In this document: positions 29,408-40,668 of the stretch, one piece after another
Layout of the letters: each line of letters begins with the position of its first letter
Numbering within the stretch: position 1 is the stretch's first letter
From: Eubacteriales bacterium
Lineage (GTDB): Bacteria; Bacillota; Clostridia; Oscillospirales; SIG627
Assembly: GCA_045653035.1 (NCBI GenBank)
Contig: JAZOLO010000008.1
Location: 73,067 to 137,066 of the forward strand
Length of the DNA stretch: 64,000 nt
Reading direction: 5' to 3'
The notes under the pieces: model-generated
Seen by the model: the letters and a program-made list of their open reading frames with translations, nothing else
Told to the model about the DNA's origin: nothing
The model's database searches: none
Translations under genes and position numbers: made by a program

Positions 29408-30475
29408 TTACTTGTTTCCGTTAAGCATAGCAATTATGTCTTCAAGGTCATCAATTTTCTTATCTGTGATAATGTCATCGCTTATTGTGTCAGCAGTTTC
29501 CTTGGGCTCTTCCTTCTTCTTGTCACTGTCAAAGCCTGTTGCAATAACTGTAATCTTCATTTCATCTTCAAGAGACTCATCGAAGGTAGCACCCCAAATA
29601 AGAGTTGCATCGGGACTTGCCTCTGCCTTAATCATGTTAGCAGCATAGTCAATCTCGTCAAGTCCGATATCAGGTGATGCGGTAACGTTGAAGATAATAC
29701 CCTTAGCACCTGCAATTGTTGTTTCAAGAAGAGGACTGGATATAGCCATACGAGCTGCAAGCTCTGCCTTATCCTTACCCTTTCCGTTACCAACGCCCAT
29801 GTGTGCAAGACCTGCATCTGCCATAACTGTTGTTACGTCTGCGAAGTCAAGGTTTACTATACCGTCAACGTTAATAAGCTCAGAGATACTCTGCACACCG
29901 CGACAAAGAACACTATCTGCAATTTCAAATGCATTGAGAAGTGTGATTCTTGTCTCAGAAACCATCTTGAGTCTTTCGTTAGGAATAACGAGGAGTGCAT
30001 CAACGTACTCAGCAAGTTCCTTGATACCAACCTCTGCCTTGTCCATACGTGACTGACCTTCAAATGCGAAGGGCTTTGTTACTACACCTACTGTAAGTAT
30101 TCCGCGGCTCTTTGCTGCTTTTGCAACAATAGGAGATGCACCTGTACCTGTACCGCCTCCCATACCTGTGGTTACAAATACCATATCTGCATCTTCAATA
30201 GCCTTTGTAATCTCATCAAGGGATTCTTCTGCAGCCTTACGTCCGATATCGGGGTTAGAGCCTGCACCTCGTCCTCTTGTGAGCTTTTCGCCGATTATAA
30301 TCTTTGTACTGGCATTTGATTTCTTGAGAGTCTGCTGATCAGTATTGATAGCTATGTAATCAATACCTGCAACGCCCTGCTTAATCATTCTGTTTACTGT
30401 ATTGTTTCCGCCGCCTCCGACGCCAACAACTTTAATTTTTACGAGAGTTTCTTCTACTTCAAAAGGCATTTCCAT
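29408..30475 (-). CDS. ftsZ: Cell division GTPase FtsZ
   Basis: GVGGGGNN and GGGTGTG tubulin signature motifs are present. Confidence 0.95.
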   Translation of the reverse strand: MEMPFEVEETLVKIKVVGVGGGGNNTVNRMIKQGVAGIDYIAINTDQQTLKKSNASTKIIIGEKLTRGRGAGSNPDIGRKAAEESLDEITKAIEDADMVFVTTGMGGGTGTGASPIVAKAAKSRGILTVGVVTKPFAFEGQSRMDKAEVGIKELAEYVDALLVIPNERLKMVSETRITLLNAFEIADSVLCRGVQSISELINVDGIVNLDFADVTTVMADAGLAHMGVGNGKGKDKAELAARMAISSPLLETTIAGAKGIIFNVTASPDIGLDEIDYAANMIKAEASPDATLIWGATFDESLEDEMKITVIATGFDSDKKKEEPKETADTISDDIITDKKIDDLEDIIAMLNGNK

Positions 30476-30578
30476 GTCCTCCTATTTTTTTAGATATCAT
30501 TCTTAGTTTACATTGTAATATATTTTTTTGACTTTTGCAACACATTTTTGAAAAAAACTTAAATTTTATACAAATTTA

Positions 30579-31379
30579 CTAATTAGCCACATTTCCAGTA
30601 AACTTAACAAGTGCCTTAGAGGGGTCGGAAATATCAATTGTTCCCATGGAGTCCTTCCATATCTCATTATCCATCATTTCACTGAGCAATTTCACCTTTG
30701 CATTAGCTTTTTCAAATGTACCGAATGTTATTTCAAAACGGTTTTCATAGGTGAGCTTTACGTTGAATTTGTCGGTTGTATCAATATCCGTCATGTGCGA
30801 TATCATAGAGTGCTCTTCAAGGGCTTTTGTTATTTCGCACAAAATTTCAAGTCTTTCGGGCTTGTCGAATACTATGTTTTCTCCGCAGATACAGCGCTTT
30901 ACCTCAGCCGTCAGAAGCTTTGTTCTCTTTATTCCGTCATAAAACGGGTCGGTAACAATCTCGAGTACACGTCCTTCAGATGAAAGAATAAAGATGTCCG
31001 TCCCAAGTTCTACGTAAAGAGTACCCTTATTTTCCGTTATATTTATTTCGAGAATCGAAGGCAGTTTCTTCTTTATATTTACTTCCTTGATATATGGAAA
31101 CTCATAAAGAAGTGCCTCCTCTGCCCTCCCCGACTTATAGGTTATAAGATTTGTGTCCTTTGGGATGTTTAAAAACTTCGACACGTCCTCTGCATTGTAT
31201 GGAACGGCAGCAGAAATTCCATTGACACTTATGGTCTTTATGTTAAAAAGATTTTCAAAAGCCATAATCAAAAAGAACAGCACTGCTATTACGGTAAGAA
31301 ATATTGCGAAGTATTTACCTGCTTTATTCCTTCTTTCTGCTTTTCTTTTTATTTGTTCCAGCTTGACCTTGTCATTCAT
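30579..31379 (-). CDS. ftsQ: FtsQ/DivIB-type division protein (single TM plus POTRA)
   Basis: It lies between murG and ftsZ. An N-terminal TM segment is followed by a POTRA-like IKTISVNG. Confidence 0.65.
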   Translation of the reverse strand: MNDKVKLEQIKRKAERRNKAGKYFAIFLTVIAVLFFLIMAFENLFNIKTISVNGISAAVPYNAEDVSKFLNIPKDTNLITYKSGRAEEALLYEFPYIKEVNIKKKLPSILEINITENKGTLYVELGTDIFILSSEGRVLEIVTDPFYDGIKRTKLLTAEVKRCICGENIVFDKPERLEILCEITKALEEHSMISHMTDIDTTDKFNVKLTYENRFEITFGTFEKANAKVKLLSEMMDNEIWKDSMGTIDISDPSKALVKFTGNVAN

Positions 31380-32500
31380 TTTTTAGCCTCCAGCGTTCCC
31401 TTTACGACTCCGTATATTCTGTCATCGGTATCGGGAATAGCAAGCTTCTTCATACACTCTGACATTTTTTTAAGTCTTTCTTTGTCAAAAATTAGTTTTT
31501 CTATTTCTTTTTCAAGTACCTCGGGAGTAAGATTTTTTTCCTCTATTACTACAGCGCCTCCAGCTTCTGCCACAACCATCGCATTTTTGTACTGATGATT
31601 ATTTGTAACGTTAGGCGACGGAATAAGGATAGCGGGCTTGCCAAGGGTTGCAAGCTCTGCCAGAGTTATTGCACCCGCCCTTGAAATTACAAGGTCGGCT
31701 GCCGCCATCTTTGACGACATATCATAAATATACTCCGTAAGCTCGGTATCCTTTTTTTCGTGAAGTGAGAATTTCTTTATCTCTTCTTCTCTCACCTTCC
31801 ACTCGTATGAGCCTACTCCGTGAGTGTGGTGAAGCCTTCCTTCAAAGGCTCCTTTTTTTATTATTTCAAAAACGTTATTGTTTATCGTTCGAGCCCCCAG
31901 ACTTCCGCCGTAAGAAAGAAGATATGGCTTCTCCCCTATTCCGAGCTTTCTTCTTTCCTCTTCCTTTGAAGCACGCATCATATCAGGGTTTACAGGATTT
32001 CCTACAAGAACAATCTTATTTTTATCCCCTTCAAGCTCTGCTCTTGATTCCTCAAAGCTTATCATAACCTTATCAACTATTTTGGAAAGCATCCTTGTGG
32101 TAACTCCAACAACGGCATTCTGCTCATGTATTGCCGTAGGAATTCCCTTAGACGCCGCGGCACGAAGTACGGGCCAGCTTACGTATCCTCCCGTTCCTAT
32201 TACTATGTCGGGTGCAAAGCTTTTAATGATTTTCGCAGCCACAAGTGGTGAAGTTATCGCACGGTACAAAACTCCTACATTCTGAACCATAGCTTTAACG
32301 CTCTTTTTTCTTATAAAGCCCTTTACATCAACGTGGTATATGGGATATCCTGCTCTTGTAACAAGCTTATTCTCCATACCCGTCGGTGTACCAACAAATG
32401 CTATTTCCGCATCGGGATGCTCTTTTTTTATTATGGAGGCAATAGCGAGGGCAGGATTTATATGTCCTGCCGTTCCGCCTCCCGAAAGTAATACTCTCAT
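31376..32500 (-). CDS. murG: UDP-N-acetylglucosamine--LPS/lipid I GlcNAc transferase MurG
   Basis: GGGTAGHINPALA is present, together with dcw cluster context. Confidence 0.9.
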   Translation of the reverse strand: MRVLLSGGGTAGHINPALAIASIIKKEHPDAEIAFVGTPTGMENKLVTRAGYPIYHVDVKGFIRKKSVKAMVQNVGVLYRAITSPLVAAKIIKSFAPDIVIGTGGYVSWPVLRAAASKGIPTAIHEQNAVVGVTTRMLSKIVDKVMISFEESRAELEGDKNKIVLVGNPVNPDMMRASKEEERRKLGIGEKPYLLSYGGSLGARTINNNVFEIIKKGAFEGRLHHTHGVGSYEWKVREEEIKKFSLHEKKDTELTEYIYDMSSKMAAADLVISRAGAITLAELATLGKPAILIPSPNVTNNHQYKNAMVVAEAGGAVVIEEKNLTPEVLEKEIEKLIFDKERLKKMSECMKKLAIPDTDDRIYGVVKGTLEAKK

Positions 32501-32506
32501 AAAATA

Positions 32507-33682
32507 CTACCCTTTCGAGTGATATGAATATTTTGAAATGTTGAGTACTATGCCCATTTCAGCCATAAGCATCATAAGTGACGTGCCTCCGTAGCTGAAA
32601 AACGGAAGCGATATACCTGTACTTGGCAGTGTATTCGTAACTACCGCAAAATTCAGAAGCGCCTGTATCGCAACCTGTGTAACTATTCCTATAACCACAA
32701 GAGATGCATAGGTACTGGGAGCGTGCTTTGCGATATATATACCTCTCCATACAAGCGCTACAAAAAGAAGTACTACGAAAGCTGCAAAAATAAAGCCAAG
32801 CTCTTCACAGAGAATAGCGAATATGTAGTCGTTCTGTGGCTCGGGAAGGTATAGGTGCTTTTGTGTACTTTGACCAAGACCTACTCCCCAAAGTCCTCCT
32901 GAACCTATGGCAAAAAGCGACTGAAGGGGCTGCCAGCCTCCGCTTTGAAGGTGCTCCTCAGGGTGCCACCAAACCTGAAGTCGTGCCACCGCATGTCCTG
33001 ATAAGAAAATTATCGCAGCAAGTATAATTCCTGATGCAAGTCCCAAAAGAACAAGCTGCTTCATGGGAACGTCTCCGAAGAACATAAGGACTGCTATAAG
33101 ACAAATAACTATTATAAGACACGAAATGTGCGGCTCAAGAACGAGGGTTACTGCCATATATAAGGCTACGCTCACATAAGGCAATAGCTGTCTTATGGTG
33201 GACTTGCCTGCATTCTTTTTGGAGCTTATATGCTCTGAAAAGTAAAGGATTATCGCAAGCTTTGCAAGCTCTGAGGGCTGTAAGCTGAACGCACCTATCT
33301 GAAACCAACGTGTAGCTTCGTTTGCCTCAGTACCGAAGAAAAGTACCAACGTCATAAGAAGCATAACCACGTAAAAGAACGGCTTTTGAAAGCGTCTTAT
33401 TATAAGATAATCCAAAACGTGTGCAAAAAAGAGCATTGCTCCCGTGCCTAGGATTACCCATCTGAGCTGTCTTACAGCAAAAAAGTAACTGTCTTCAAAC
33501 TTCGACTGTGCATAAGCATAGCTTGCGGTAAATACCATTACCGTACCTATGGCAACAAGGAGTATTACTATTATAAGAAACGGTCTGTCGATACCCGATT
33601 TTATTCTGACAACGCTTTTTCTATCGGGTGTAAGAGTATTTTTCCGTGATAACTGTTTCTTTTTGGTAGTGATTTTTGCCAA
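32507..33682 (-). CDS. ftsW: SEDS-family peptidoglycan polymerase (FtsW/SpoVE)
   Basis: It is polytopic, with SEDS motifs (LQPSE.AK, LPEPQNDYIF, GISLPFFSYGGTS). It uses a TTG start with an AGGAGG RBS. Confidence 0.85.
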   Translation of the reverse strand: MAKITTKKKQLSRKNTLTPDRKSVVRIKSGIDRPFLIIVILLVAIGTVMVFTASYAYAQSKFEDSYFFAVRQLRWVILGTGAMLFFAHVLDYLIIRRFQKPFFYVVMLLMTLVLFFGTEANEATRWFQIGAFSLQPSELAKLAIILYFSEHISSKKNAGKSTIRQLLPYVSVALYMAVTLVLEPHISCLIIVICLIAVLMFFGDVPMKQLVLLGLASGIILAAIIFLSGHAVARLQVWWHPEEHLQSGGWQPLQSLFAIGSGGLWGVGLGQSTQKHLYLPEPQNDYIFAILCEELGFIFAAFVVLLFVALVWRGIYIAKHAPSTYASLVVIGIVTQVAIQALLNFAVVTNTLPSTGISLPFFSYGGTSLMMLMAEMGIVLNISKYSYHSKG

Positions 33683-33700
33683 AAGAAAGACCTCCTGCTT

Positions 33701-34681
33701 TTATATAAATGAAAAATAGGCTATTATGCACATAACTGCGGTAAAAAGAGAAAATACTCTGACAATTTTATGCTCCGTCCACGAGCACATTTCAAAATGA
33801 TGATGTATGGGTGTCATCTTGAACACTCTCTTTCCGAATATTTGAAAAGAGAATACCTGTATCATAACCGAAACAGACTCTATCATATACCACATTCCTG
33901 CAAAGAATATAAGGAACGGAGAGTTGAATATATAGGCAAAACCAACCACCATACCTCCAAGGAAAAGCGACCCTGTGTCCCCCATGAATATACGCGCGGG
34001 ATTTATATTATACCAAAGGAATCCTATAAGTCCTCCTATTGCGGCACCTGTTAATGCTATCACGGCAGTATTTGAAAATATAAAGGCAAGAAGTGCAAAA
34101 AGCAAACTGATAACAAGAGTAACACTTCCTGCAAGTCCGTCTATTCCGTCGGTGAGGTTTACGCTGTTTACTATAAAAGTAATAAATACTACGCTTATAA
34201 CGTAATAAAATCCACCTAGCTCTACTGCTTTATCGGTAAAAGGCAGGTCAAGAGTTGTATCAATATATCCCATATATGCCATTGAGGCTATGTAAAGAGC
34301 GGCTACAACAAACTGCAAAACAAGCTTTTGAAGTGCCGTAAGTCCTTTATTCTGCTTTTTTACAAACTTGGTATAATCGTCAATGAAGCCTATAACACCA
34401 AAAAGAAGCATCATAATAAGTGTAATTATAACGGAAAAATCTCCCGTTTTATACGCCTCAATTCCACCTAGTATTAGGGTCACAAGAGCTATAGCGGTAA
34501 TAAAGAAAATTCCGCCCATTGTGGGAGTGCCTTCCTTTGACTTATGCCAACGGGGACCGATTTCAAGAATTACCTGTCCCATTTTTATTCTCATAAGAAA
34601 AGGAATAAACTTTTTTTCAAGAATAAGTGTTATTATAAGGCTTATTACAAGTGATAGCAAAAAAATTATACCTTGTGTCAT
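33701..34681 (-). CDS. mraY: Phospho-N-acetylmuramoyl-pentapeptide transferase
   Basis: PTMGG, NLTDGIDGLA and GDTGSL motifs are present. Confidence 0.9.
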   Translation of the reverse strand: MTQGIIFLLSLVISLIITLILEKKFIPFLMRIKMGQVILEIGPRWHKSKEGTPTMGGIFFITAIALVTLILGGIEAYKTGDFSVIITLIMMLLFGVIGFIDDYTKFVKKQNKGLTALQKLVLQFVVAALYIASMAYMGYIDTTLDLPFTDKAVELGGFYYVISVVFITFIVNSVNLTDGIDGLAGSVTLVISLLFALLAFIFSNTAVIALTGAAIGGLIGFLWYNINPARIFMGDTGSLFLGGMVVGFAYIFNSPFLIFFAGMWYMIESVSVMIQVFSFQIFGKRVFKMTPIHHHFEMCSWTEHKIVRVFSLFTAVMCIIAYFSFI

Positions 34682-34704
34682 TGTTATCTCCGATTATTTT
34701 AAAT

Positions 34705-36054
34705 TTAAAGTCCTGTCATGGCAATTATTTCTTCAAGCTTCATTCCGCGACTTCCCTTGAAAAGTACGGTGTCGCCCTTGGAAAGATTTTCTGAAAGCTT
34801 CCTTGCAAGTTTCTCTTTCGTGTCAAAATGATAAGAAATAACTCCTGCGGAAGACGCTTTTTTATGTATGTTTTCTGCCGCATCACCGTAAGTGAGAAGT
34901 AAATCAAGCTTCCCATCGGCACATTTTTCTCCAATCATGGAATGAGCATCAGGACTTATTTCGCCTAGCTCCAGCATATCCGCAAGTACGGCTATGCGTT
35001 TCCCCTCACACTTAAGCTCGGAAAGCATGGAAAGTGCAGCCGTCATTGATTCAATACCTGCATTATAGCAGTCCGCTATCACCGTGACTCCGCTTTTTTC
35101 ATAAATCTTCTGTCTGAGTCCTACAGATTTATAATTGAGTAGGCCCGACTTTATTCTGTCGAGTGAAATACCCTCAAGGCGTCCTACAGCTACCGCAAAA
35201 AGCGAGTCAACAACATTGTGCTTTCCTGTGCAAGGCAAAATCACCTTATCACTTTCGCCAAAGGCATGAAGCGTATATTCTACCTCTGTATCACTCATGG
35301 CAATATCCTCTGCCCACACATCAAGTCCTTGTTTTAAACCCACTCTCACTATTCTGCCGTCAAAGGTTATATTATCAAGGAGTGGCTCATCACCGTTTAC
35401 AATAAGTGTTCCTCCGTGCTTTACACCCTCTGTGATTTCCATTTTTGCGTCCCTTATGTTTTCACGGCTTCCGAGGTTTTCTATGTGAGAATGTCCGATA
35501 TTGGTGATTATCGCCATATCGGATGGAATAAGGCTTGTAAGGTATGAAAGCTCACCCTTGTGGTTCATACCCATTTCACAAACCAAGGCCTCATGCTCTT
35601 TTTCAAGAGACAGGAGTGTCACGGGCACGCCTATATGGTTGTTGAGGTTCCCTTGTGTGCGGTAGGTGTTGTATTTTTCAGAAAGTACAGCTGAGGTCAT
35701 TTCCTTGGTAGTGGTCTTTCCGACACTTCCCGTAAGAGCTACCCGAATCTTTGGTGAAACCTTTTCTGTTACGTAATATTTCGCAAGCTTGCCCAGTGCT
35801 TCAAGTGTATCCTCCACTACAATGAGCGGATAAGAAACCTTTTCAAATCGGTGGGAAATAGAGGCACTGACCTTGCCGTCAAGCTCATGAAGAAAATCCG
35901 CACCGTCAAATCTTTCACCTTTGAGTGCTACAAAAAGCGCTTTATCGGTTACTTTTCTGCTATCGGTGGTAACTGTGTTTACTAAAACGTTTTCATCACC
36001 GTAAAGCTTGCCTCCTACTGCAAGGGCAATTTCGCCCGCCTTAAGTTCGGTCAT
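34705..36054 (-). CDS. murF: UDP-MurNAc-tripeptide--D-Ala-D-Ala ligase
   Basis: It has a Mur ligase fold with GSVGKTTTKEM and lies after murE. Confidence 0.85.
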   Translation of the reverse strand: MTELKAGEIALAVGGKLYGDENVLVNTVTTDSRKVTDKALFVALKGERFDGADFLHELDGKVSASISHRFEKVSYPLIVVEDTLEALGKLAKYYVTEKVSPKIRVALTGSVGKTTTKEMTSAVLSEKYNTYRTQGNLNNHIGVPVTLLSLEKEHEALVCEMGMNHKGELSYLTSLIPSDMAIITNIGHSHIENLGSRENIRDAKMEITEGVKHGGTLIVNGDEPLLDNITFDGRIVRVGLKQGLDVWAEDIAMSDTEVEYTLHAFGESDKVILPCTGKHNVVDSLFAVAVGRLEGISLDRIKSGLLNYKSVGLRQKIYEKSGVTVIADCYNAGIESMTAALSMLSELKCEGKRIAVLADMLELGEISPDAHSMIGEKCADGKLDLLLTYGDAAENIHKKASSAGVISYHFDTKEKLARKLSENLSKGDTVLFKGSRGMKLEEIIAMTGL

Positions 36055-36063
36055 TATTACTCC

Positions 36064-37533
36064 TTATTTTGCCTTAAAATATTCTTTAACTATCTCACGC
36101 TCGGAAAAAGGAACTTTTCCGTTTATTCCTATTTCATACTCCTCGTGTCCTTTGCCGAGAAGAAGAACAATGTCTCCCTTTTCTGCAACAAGAAGAGCTC
36201 TGTGTATTGCATCTTTTCTGTCGGGCACTACTTCAAAATTACTCTTGCCGCAGGTACCAGCCACAATATCCTTTATAATATCATCTATGCTTTCGGTTCT
36301 TGAATTATCTGACGTAATTATAACGTAGTCGGACATTTCTACAGACATTTTACCCATTATAGGACGCTTGGTTTTATCTCTGTCTCCTCCGCATCCGAAA
36401 AGGGTAATAATTCGTTTTTCGGCAAAGCCCCTTACTGTCTTAAGTACGTTTTCCATTGCATCGGGTGTATGTGCAAAGTCTATAATAACCGAGAACGGTG
36501 CTTCGACTTCAACTCTGTCCACTCTGCCGTCAATACGTGCGGTACTCTGAAGTCCTTTTATAATTGTATCACAGCCTATACCTACTGTCAATGCCGTAGT
36601 GCCTGCCGCAAGAGAATTATATACTGTAAAATTTCCTGGGATATTTACCTTTACTCTGAATATAAGCTCCTTTGCAAGAAGCTCGTATTCCACACCGAGA
36701 GCACCTTTAAGTCTTACGTTCTTAGCTGTAAAATCACTGCTGTTTCTGTCGATTGAATAAGTTTTTACAGGGCAGGTTGCTCTCGTTATCATTTCAGATG
36801 AGGCAGGGTCGTCCTCGTTAACTATTCCCATATCACACATAGAAAAGAGCTTAGCCTTTGCCTTTTTGTAATTGTCAAAATCGTGGTGAAAGTCAAGGTG
36901 GTCACGTGTAAGATTAGTGAACACACCTCTTGTGAAATGCATTCCGTAAATCTTGCCAAGCTCCAATGCATGAGAGGACACTTCCATGACAAGTGCTTCC
37001 ACTCCCTTTTCACGCATCAGGGCAAGAAGCGACCAGAAGTTTTCAGAGTCGGGAGTTGTCAGATGGTTTCCATCTGACTCACTGTTATATTCCTCGTCTC
37101 CGATGAGATACTTCATAGTGCCTATGAGTCCTACCTTCATACCTGCTTCTTCAAATATATTTTTAAGCATTACAGAGGTTGAGGTCTTTCCGTTTGTACC
37201 TGTTATTCCTACAGATACCTTAAAGGAATCCTGTGGTCTTCCATAGAAATTTGAAAGCATCATAGAAAGGCTTTCTCTCACGTTTTCCACAAGAACGTAA
37301 GGTACGTCAGAAACGGGCGGTGTATCGGTAACAACGCATACCGCACCCATATCCATGGCATTCGGTATAAACGCGTTTCCATCAAATCGCGTACCTTTAA
37401 TGGCTGCAAAAACAAAGCCCTGTTCTATCTTTTTACTGTTCCCTGTTATTCCGCATATTTCAAGTGAAAGGTCTGCCGCGACCTTGACCGATTTTATATC
37501 TTTCAAAATGTCTCTCAGTTGCATACATTTCAC
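36064..37533 (-). CDS. murE: UDP-MurNAc-L-Ala-D-Glu--2,6-diaminopimelate (or L-Lys) ligase
   Basis: It has a Mur ligase fold with GTNGKTS and a DNSR motif near the C-terminus. Confidence 0.85.
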   Translation of the reverse strand: MKCMQLRDILKDIKSVKVAADLSLEICGITGNSKKIEQGFVFAAIKGTRFDGNAFIPNAMDMGAVCVVTDTPPVSDVPYVLVENVRESLSMMLSNFYGRPQDSFKVSVGITGTNGKTSTSVMLKNIFEEAGMKVGLIGTMKYLIGDEEYNSESDGNHLTTPDSENFWSLLALMREKGVEALVMEVSSHALELGKIYGMHFTRGVFTNLTRDHLDFHHDFDNYKKAKAKLFSMCDMGIVNEDDPASSEMITRATCPVKTYSIDRNSSDFTAKNVRLKGALGVEYELLAKELIFRVKVNIPGNFTVYNSLAAGTTALTVGIGCDTIIKGLQSTARIDGRVDRVEVEAPFSVIIDFAHTPDAMENVLKTVRGFAEKRIITLFGCGGDRDKTKRPIMGKMSVEMSDYVIITSDNSRTESIDDIIKDIVAGTCGKSNFEVVPDRKDAIHRALLVAEKGDIVLLLGKGHEEYEIGINGKVPFSEREIVKEYFKAK

Positions 37534-37536
37534 CTC

Positions 37537-39876
37537 TTAGTCTGTAATATTAGAGTAGTTTCTGAAGTCTACCTTTACTACCGTACCTCTGTCTACTGTG
37601 TCACCTGCTGCTACCGACTGGCTTACCGCTATTGCGGAATCCATGTGGTCAGGGTTTGTTCCTACAACAGTTATGTTAAGTCCTGCATCCACAAGTGTCT
37701 TATTTGCTGCGGCAGGCGTCATTCCCACAACGTTCGGAACAAGTGTCTTACCTGAGGTAGTGTCGTCTGTATAAAGCACAATAGTTCCCTCATGAGCAAG
37801 TGATTCTCCTGCCTTGGGTACCTGTCTTATAACTGTAAGTCCGCTACCTATAACCTTGTACTTATAGTTATTCTTCAAAATTTTAGCAGATGCATCTGTT
37901 ACTGTATTTCCAACGTAGCTTTCAACGCTATAAGCTACATTCTCAAGCTCTTCCTCGTCATACTGAGGCTCAACGCCGAGATAAGGAAGAACGTCGGCGA
38001 GAACTCTCGATACGACGGGTGCCGCAACAGTACCACCGTAATATGAGCCCACAGGCTCGTCAACGAGTACCATTACCGCAACCTGAGGGTCGTCAGCAGG
38101 AGCAAAAGCTACGCATGAGCTTATGTACTTAGTTTCGCCTGTCTGTGAACGTAGTGCCGTCTTAACTGTTGTTCCTGTTTTTGCGGCAACTCTATAGCCT
38201 TGTACGTAAGCGTTTCTTGCAGAGCCTCCGCTATTTACGCCACCCTCCATATAGGAGACTATTTCAGCACTTGTTTCCTTTGATATTACCTGTCGCTTCA
38301 TTGCGTTTTCTTTAGTTGATATAACGTTTCCGTCCTCATCAAGAGTGGCTTTCAGAAGATGTGGTGTACCGAGATATCCTCCGTTAGCAACGGCGGCAAC
38401 TGCCGCTATATGCTGAATAGGTGTTACAGTAAAGGTTTGTCCGAATGCCGAAACTGCGAGCTCGACTGTATTGAAGCGTTCAAACCACAATCCAAGACGT
38501 TCACCGGGTAAATCAATACCTGTTTTATTCATATAGCCAAAGGCTTTGAAATACTTGAAAAAGCGTTCAGTGCCCATTCTGAGTCCCATCGTAACGAATA
38601 CAGGGTTACAGGAATGCCAGAGTGATTCCTCAAAGGTCTGTACTCCGTGTCCCGACCTTAAGTGACATCCGATAGGCTTGGGATATCCGTCGACTCTTAT
38701 AGAGCCTGAGCAGTTAAAGGTCTCGTTCGGCTTGACAAGCCCTTCCTCTATAACACTTGCGGCTACTACCATCTTAAAGGTAGAGCCTGGCTCGTAGGTG
38801 TCGGTTATCATACGGTTTTCCCAAAGTCCGTAGATAAGCTCGTTATATTTATTGTTTTTTTCTTCCTCTGTACCAACGAAGCTGTCAAGAATACTCTGGG
38901 ATTTTTCATCAAGGGTATAGGGGTCGTTGCAGTCGAAGTTAGGAAGAATTGCCATGCCAAGAATTTCATAGGTGTCAACATCCATGACAACACCCATTAC
39001 ACCCGATTCCGCCTGTGTGTCGCTATATGCGGTTTCAAGGTTCTTTTCAAGCATTCTCTGTATATTGGCATCGAGTGTAAGCATTACGTTGGTGCCGTCA
39101 GTTGCAGGTATGTAGCTTTCATATTTATACGGCATCTGGTCGCCTACGCCGTTCACTGCCTTTATGACCTTGCCGTTTATTCCTGCAAGCATTGTATCGT
39201 AGTAAAGCTCTATTCCAGCAAGTCCAGTGTTATCCGTTCCTGTAAATCCAAGAATATGAGATGCAAGCTTTCCGTAAGGGTAGCTTCTCCTTGTATCCTC
39301 TTCGAGATAAACACAGCCTGAGTAATGCTTTGCACTTATCATGTCACGCACAAGGTCTGCTGTGTTTTCATCAACCTTTTTCTTTATGGTTTCGTCCTTG
39401 CGATTGGTCTTTGCCACCTTTTCCATTATCATGGACTTTTCAACGCCGAGAATTTCTGAAAGCTCATTTGCAATATCCTCGCCGACAGTTATAGAGAGGT
39501 CGTCAAAAACAGCTGTGAGTCTCGCCTTTTCCTCTGCCTTTTTATCGTCCTTTGAGTTCATATTTTCAACGTAATCGTCAATATATTCTCTGACCGTCAT
39601 GTTTGGAATATCTGCAGGAGAAATAAATATTCTTTCAACGGTAACGCTTACCGACAATATATTAAGATTTCTGTCGTAAATAGTTCCTCTCGATGCTTTT
39701 ATGGTAGATTCGGTTACCGACTGAGCAATCGTTTTATTCTGATATTCGTCATATCTGTATATTGAATAATACGCTATTCTACCAATAAGAACAACAGCAG
39801 CTATACATACGAAAATAAGCAAAATATTGCTTTTTTTATTTATTCTGTGGCGTGATGCCTCGAAACGGTACTTCAA
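37537..39876 (-). CDS. Class B penicillin-binding protein (FtsI/SpoVD type) with C-terminal PASTA domains
   Basis: STFK, SCN and KTGT motifs are present, with two PASTA-like repeats at the C-terminus. It uses a TTG start with an AGGAGG RBS. Confidence 0.85.
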   Translation of the reverse strand: MKYRFEASRHRINKKSNILLIFVCIAAVVLIGRIAYYSIYRYDEYQNKTIAQSVTESTIKASRGTIYDRNLNILSVSVTVERIFISPADIPNMTVREYIDDYVENMNSKDDKKAEEKARLTAVFDDLSITVGEDIANELSEILGVEKSMIMEKVAKTNRKDETIKKKVDENTADLVRDMISAKHYSGCVYLEEDTRRSYPYGKLASHILGFTGTDNTGLAGIELYYDTMLAGINGKVIKAVNGVGDQMPYKYESYIPATDGTNVMLTLDANIQRMLEKNLETAYSDTQAESGVMGVVMDVDTYEILGMAILPNFDCNDPYTLDEKSQSILDSFVGTEEEKNNKYNELIYGLWENRMITDTYEPGSTFKMVVAASVIEEGLVKPNETFNCSGSIRVDGYPKPIGCHLRSGHGVQTFEESLWHSCNPVFVTMGLRMGTERFFKYFKAFGYMNKTGIDLPGERLGLWFERFNTVELAVSAFGQTFTVTPIQHIAAVAAVANGGYLGTPHLLKATLDEDGNVISTKENAMKRQVISKETSAEIVSYMEGGVNSGGSARNAYVQGYRVAAKTGTTVKTALRSQTGETKYISSCVAFAPADDPQVAVMVLVDEPVGSYYGGTVAAPVVSRVLADVLPYLGVEPQYDEEELENVAYSVESYVGNTVTDASAKILKNNYKYKVIGSGLTVIRQVPKAGESLAHEGTIVLYTDDTTSGKTLVPNVVGMTPAAANKTLVDAGLNITVVGTNPDHMDSAIAVSQSVAAGDTVDRGTVVKVDFRNYSNITD

Positions 39877-39956
39877 CTTGTCCTCCTGATGTTTTTGTCA
39901 AAAAAGAGTAAAGAGACTTTTCTTCCCTTTACTCTTTTTACATTACTATGTTTTTA

Positions 39957-40655
39957 CTAATTTATATATGATAAAAGATTTGAAATTGATTTTGCAAAAC
40001 CCGACATTAACGCTCCGGGAGCCACCTCTTCGTTTTGCATATCAATTATCTCAATGTCGTCTTTGCTGTCCGGAGTAATGTATTCCTTGGGAAGCTGGTC
40101 GGCACTTACCATGCCGTATTCTTCTCTGGCAATTCTTTCAATCTCTTCAAGGTCATACATGTTATTTTTCTTTATTTCAAGTGCCGTCTCTTCCCTTTTC
40201 ATATCTACTATAAGATTGTTATAATCGGTAAGCTCGGCGTTAAGGTCATCAATTTCAATATAAAGATGTATGACGTAAAGAAAAATTACGGTAAGAAGCA
40301 TTATACAAACTATGTAAGGAATTGGAAATGGAGTTTTAGCAACCTCTTTTCTTGTTTCCATCTGTCCTATCGCAACTTTTTTTCTGGTCTTTCGAGGTGC
40401 TGTGCTCTTTTTCAAACTTACAGCACTCTTCGCAGGTACAGGTGTTTTCGCAAGTGAATCGTTGAGACGTACTTTATTAGAGGCTGCATAATTTGCAGGC
40501 ACTCTGTCTTTTCCGCCGTTTATCTCTCTTGGCTTTACCTGTCTTTCATAGCCCTTCTCCTGAAGGAAGTTTTCTGCAAGGTCTTTATGTGCAGTGTCTT
40601 TAGTATTATTCTTTTTTTGAGCGATTATATCGCTTGATGTGTAGTACTGAGACAT
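39957..40655 (-). CDS. ftsL: FtsL/DivIC-like septum formation protein with a long basic N-terminal extension
   Basis: It lies between rsmH and the PBP gene. A single TM is followed by a coiled coil and ..IERIAREEYGMV. The start was placed at MSQYY (GAGGGAAAG RBS), downstream of the rsmH stop. Confidence 0.6.
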   Translation of the reverse strand: MSQYYTSSDIIAQKKNNTKDTAHKDLAENFLQEKGYERQVKPREINGGKDRVPANYAASNKVRLNDSLAKTPVPAKSAVSLKKSTAPRKTRKKVAIGQMETRKEVAKTPFPIPYIVCIMLLTVIFLYVIHLYIEIDDLNAELTDYNNLIVDMKREETALEIKKNNMYDLEEIERIAREEYGMVSADQLPKEYITPDSKDDIEIIDMQNEEVAPGALMSGFAKSISNLLSYIN

Positions 40656-40668
40656 TAACTTTCCCTCT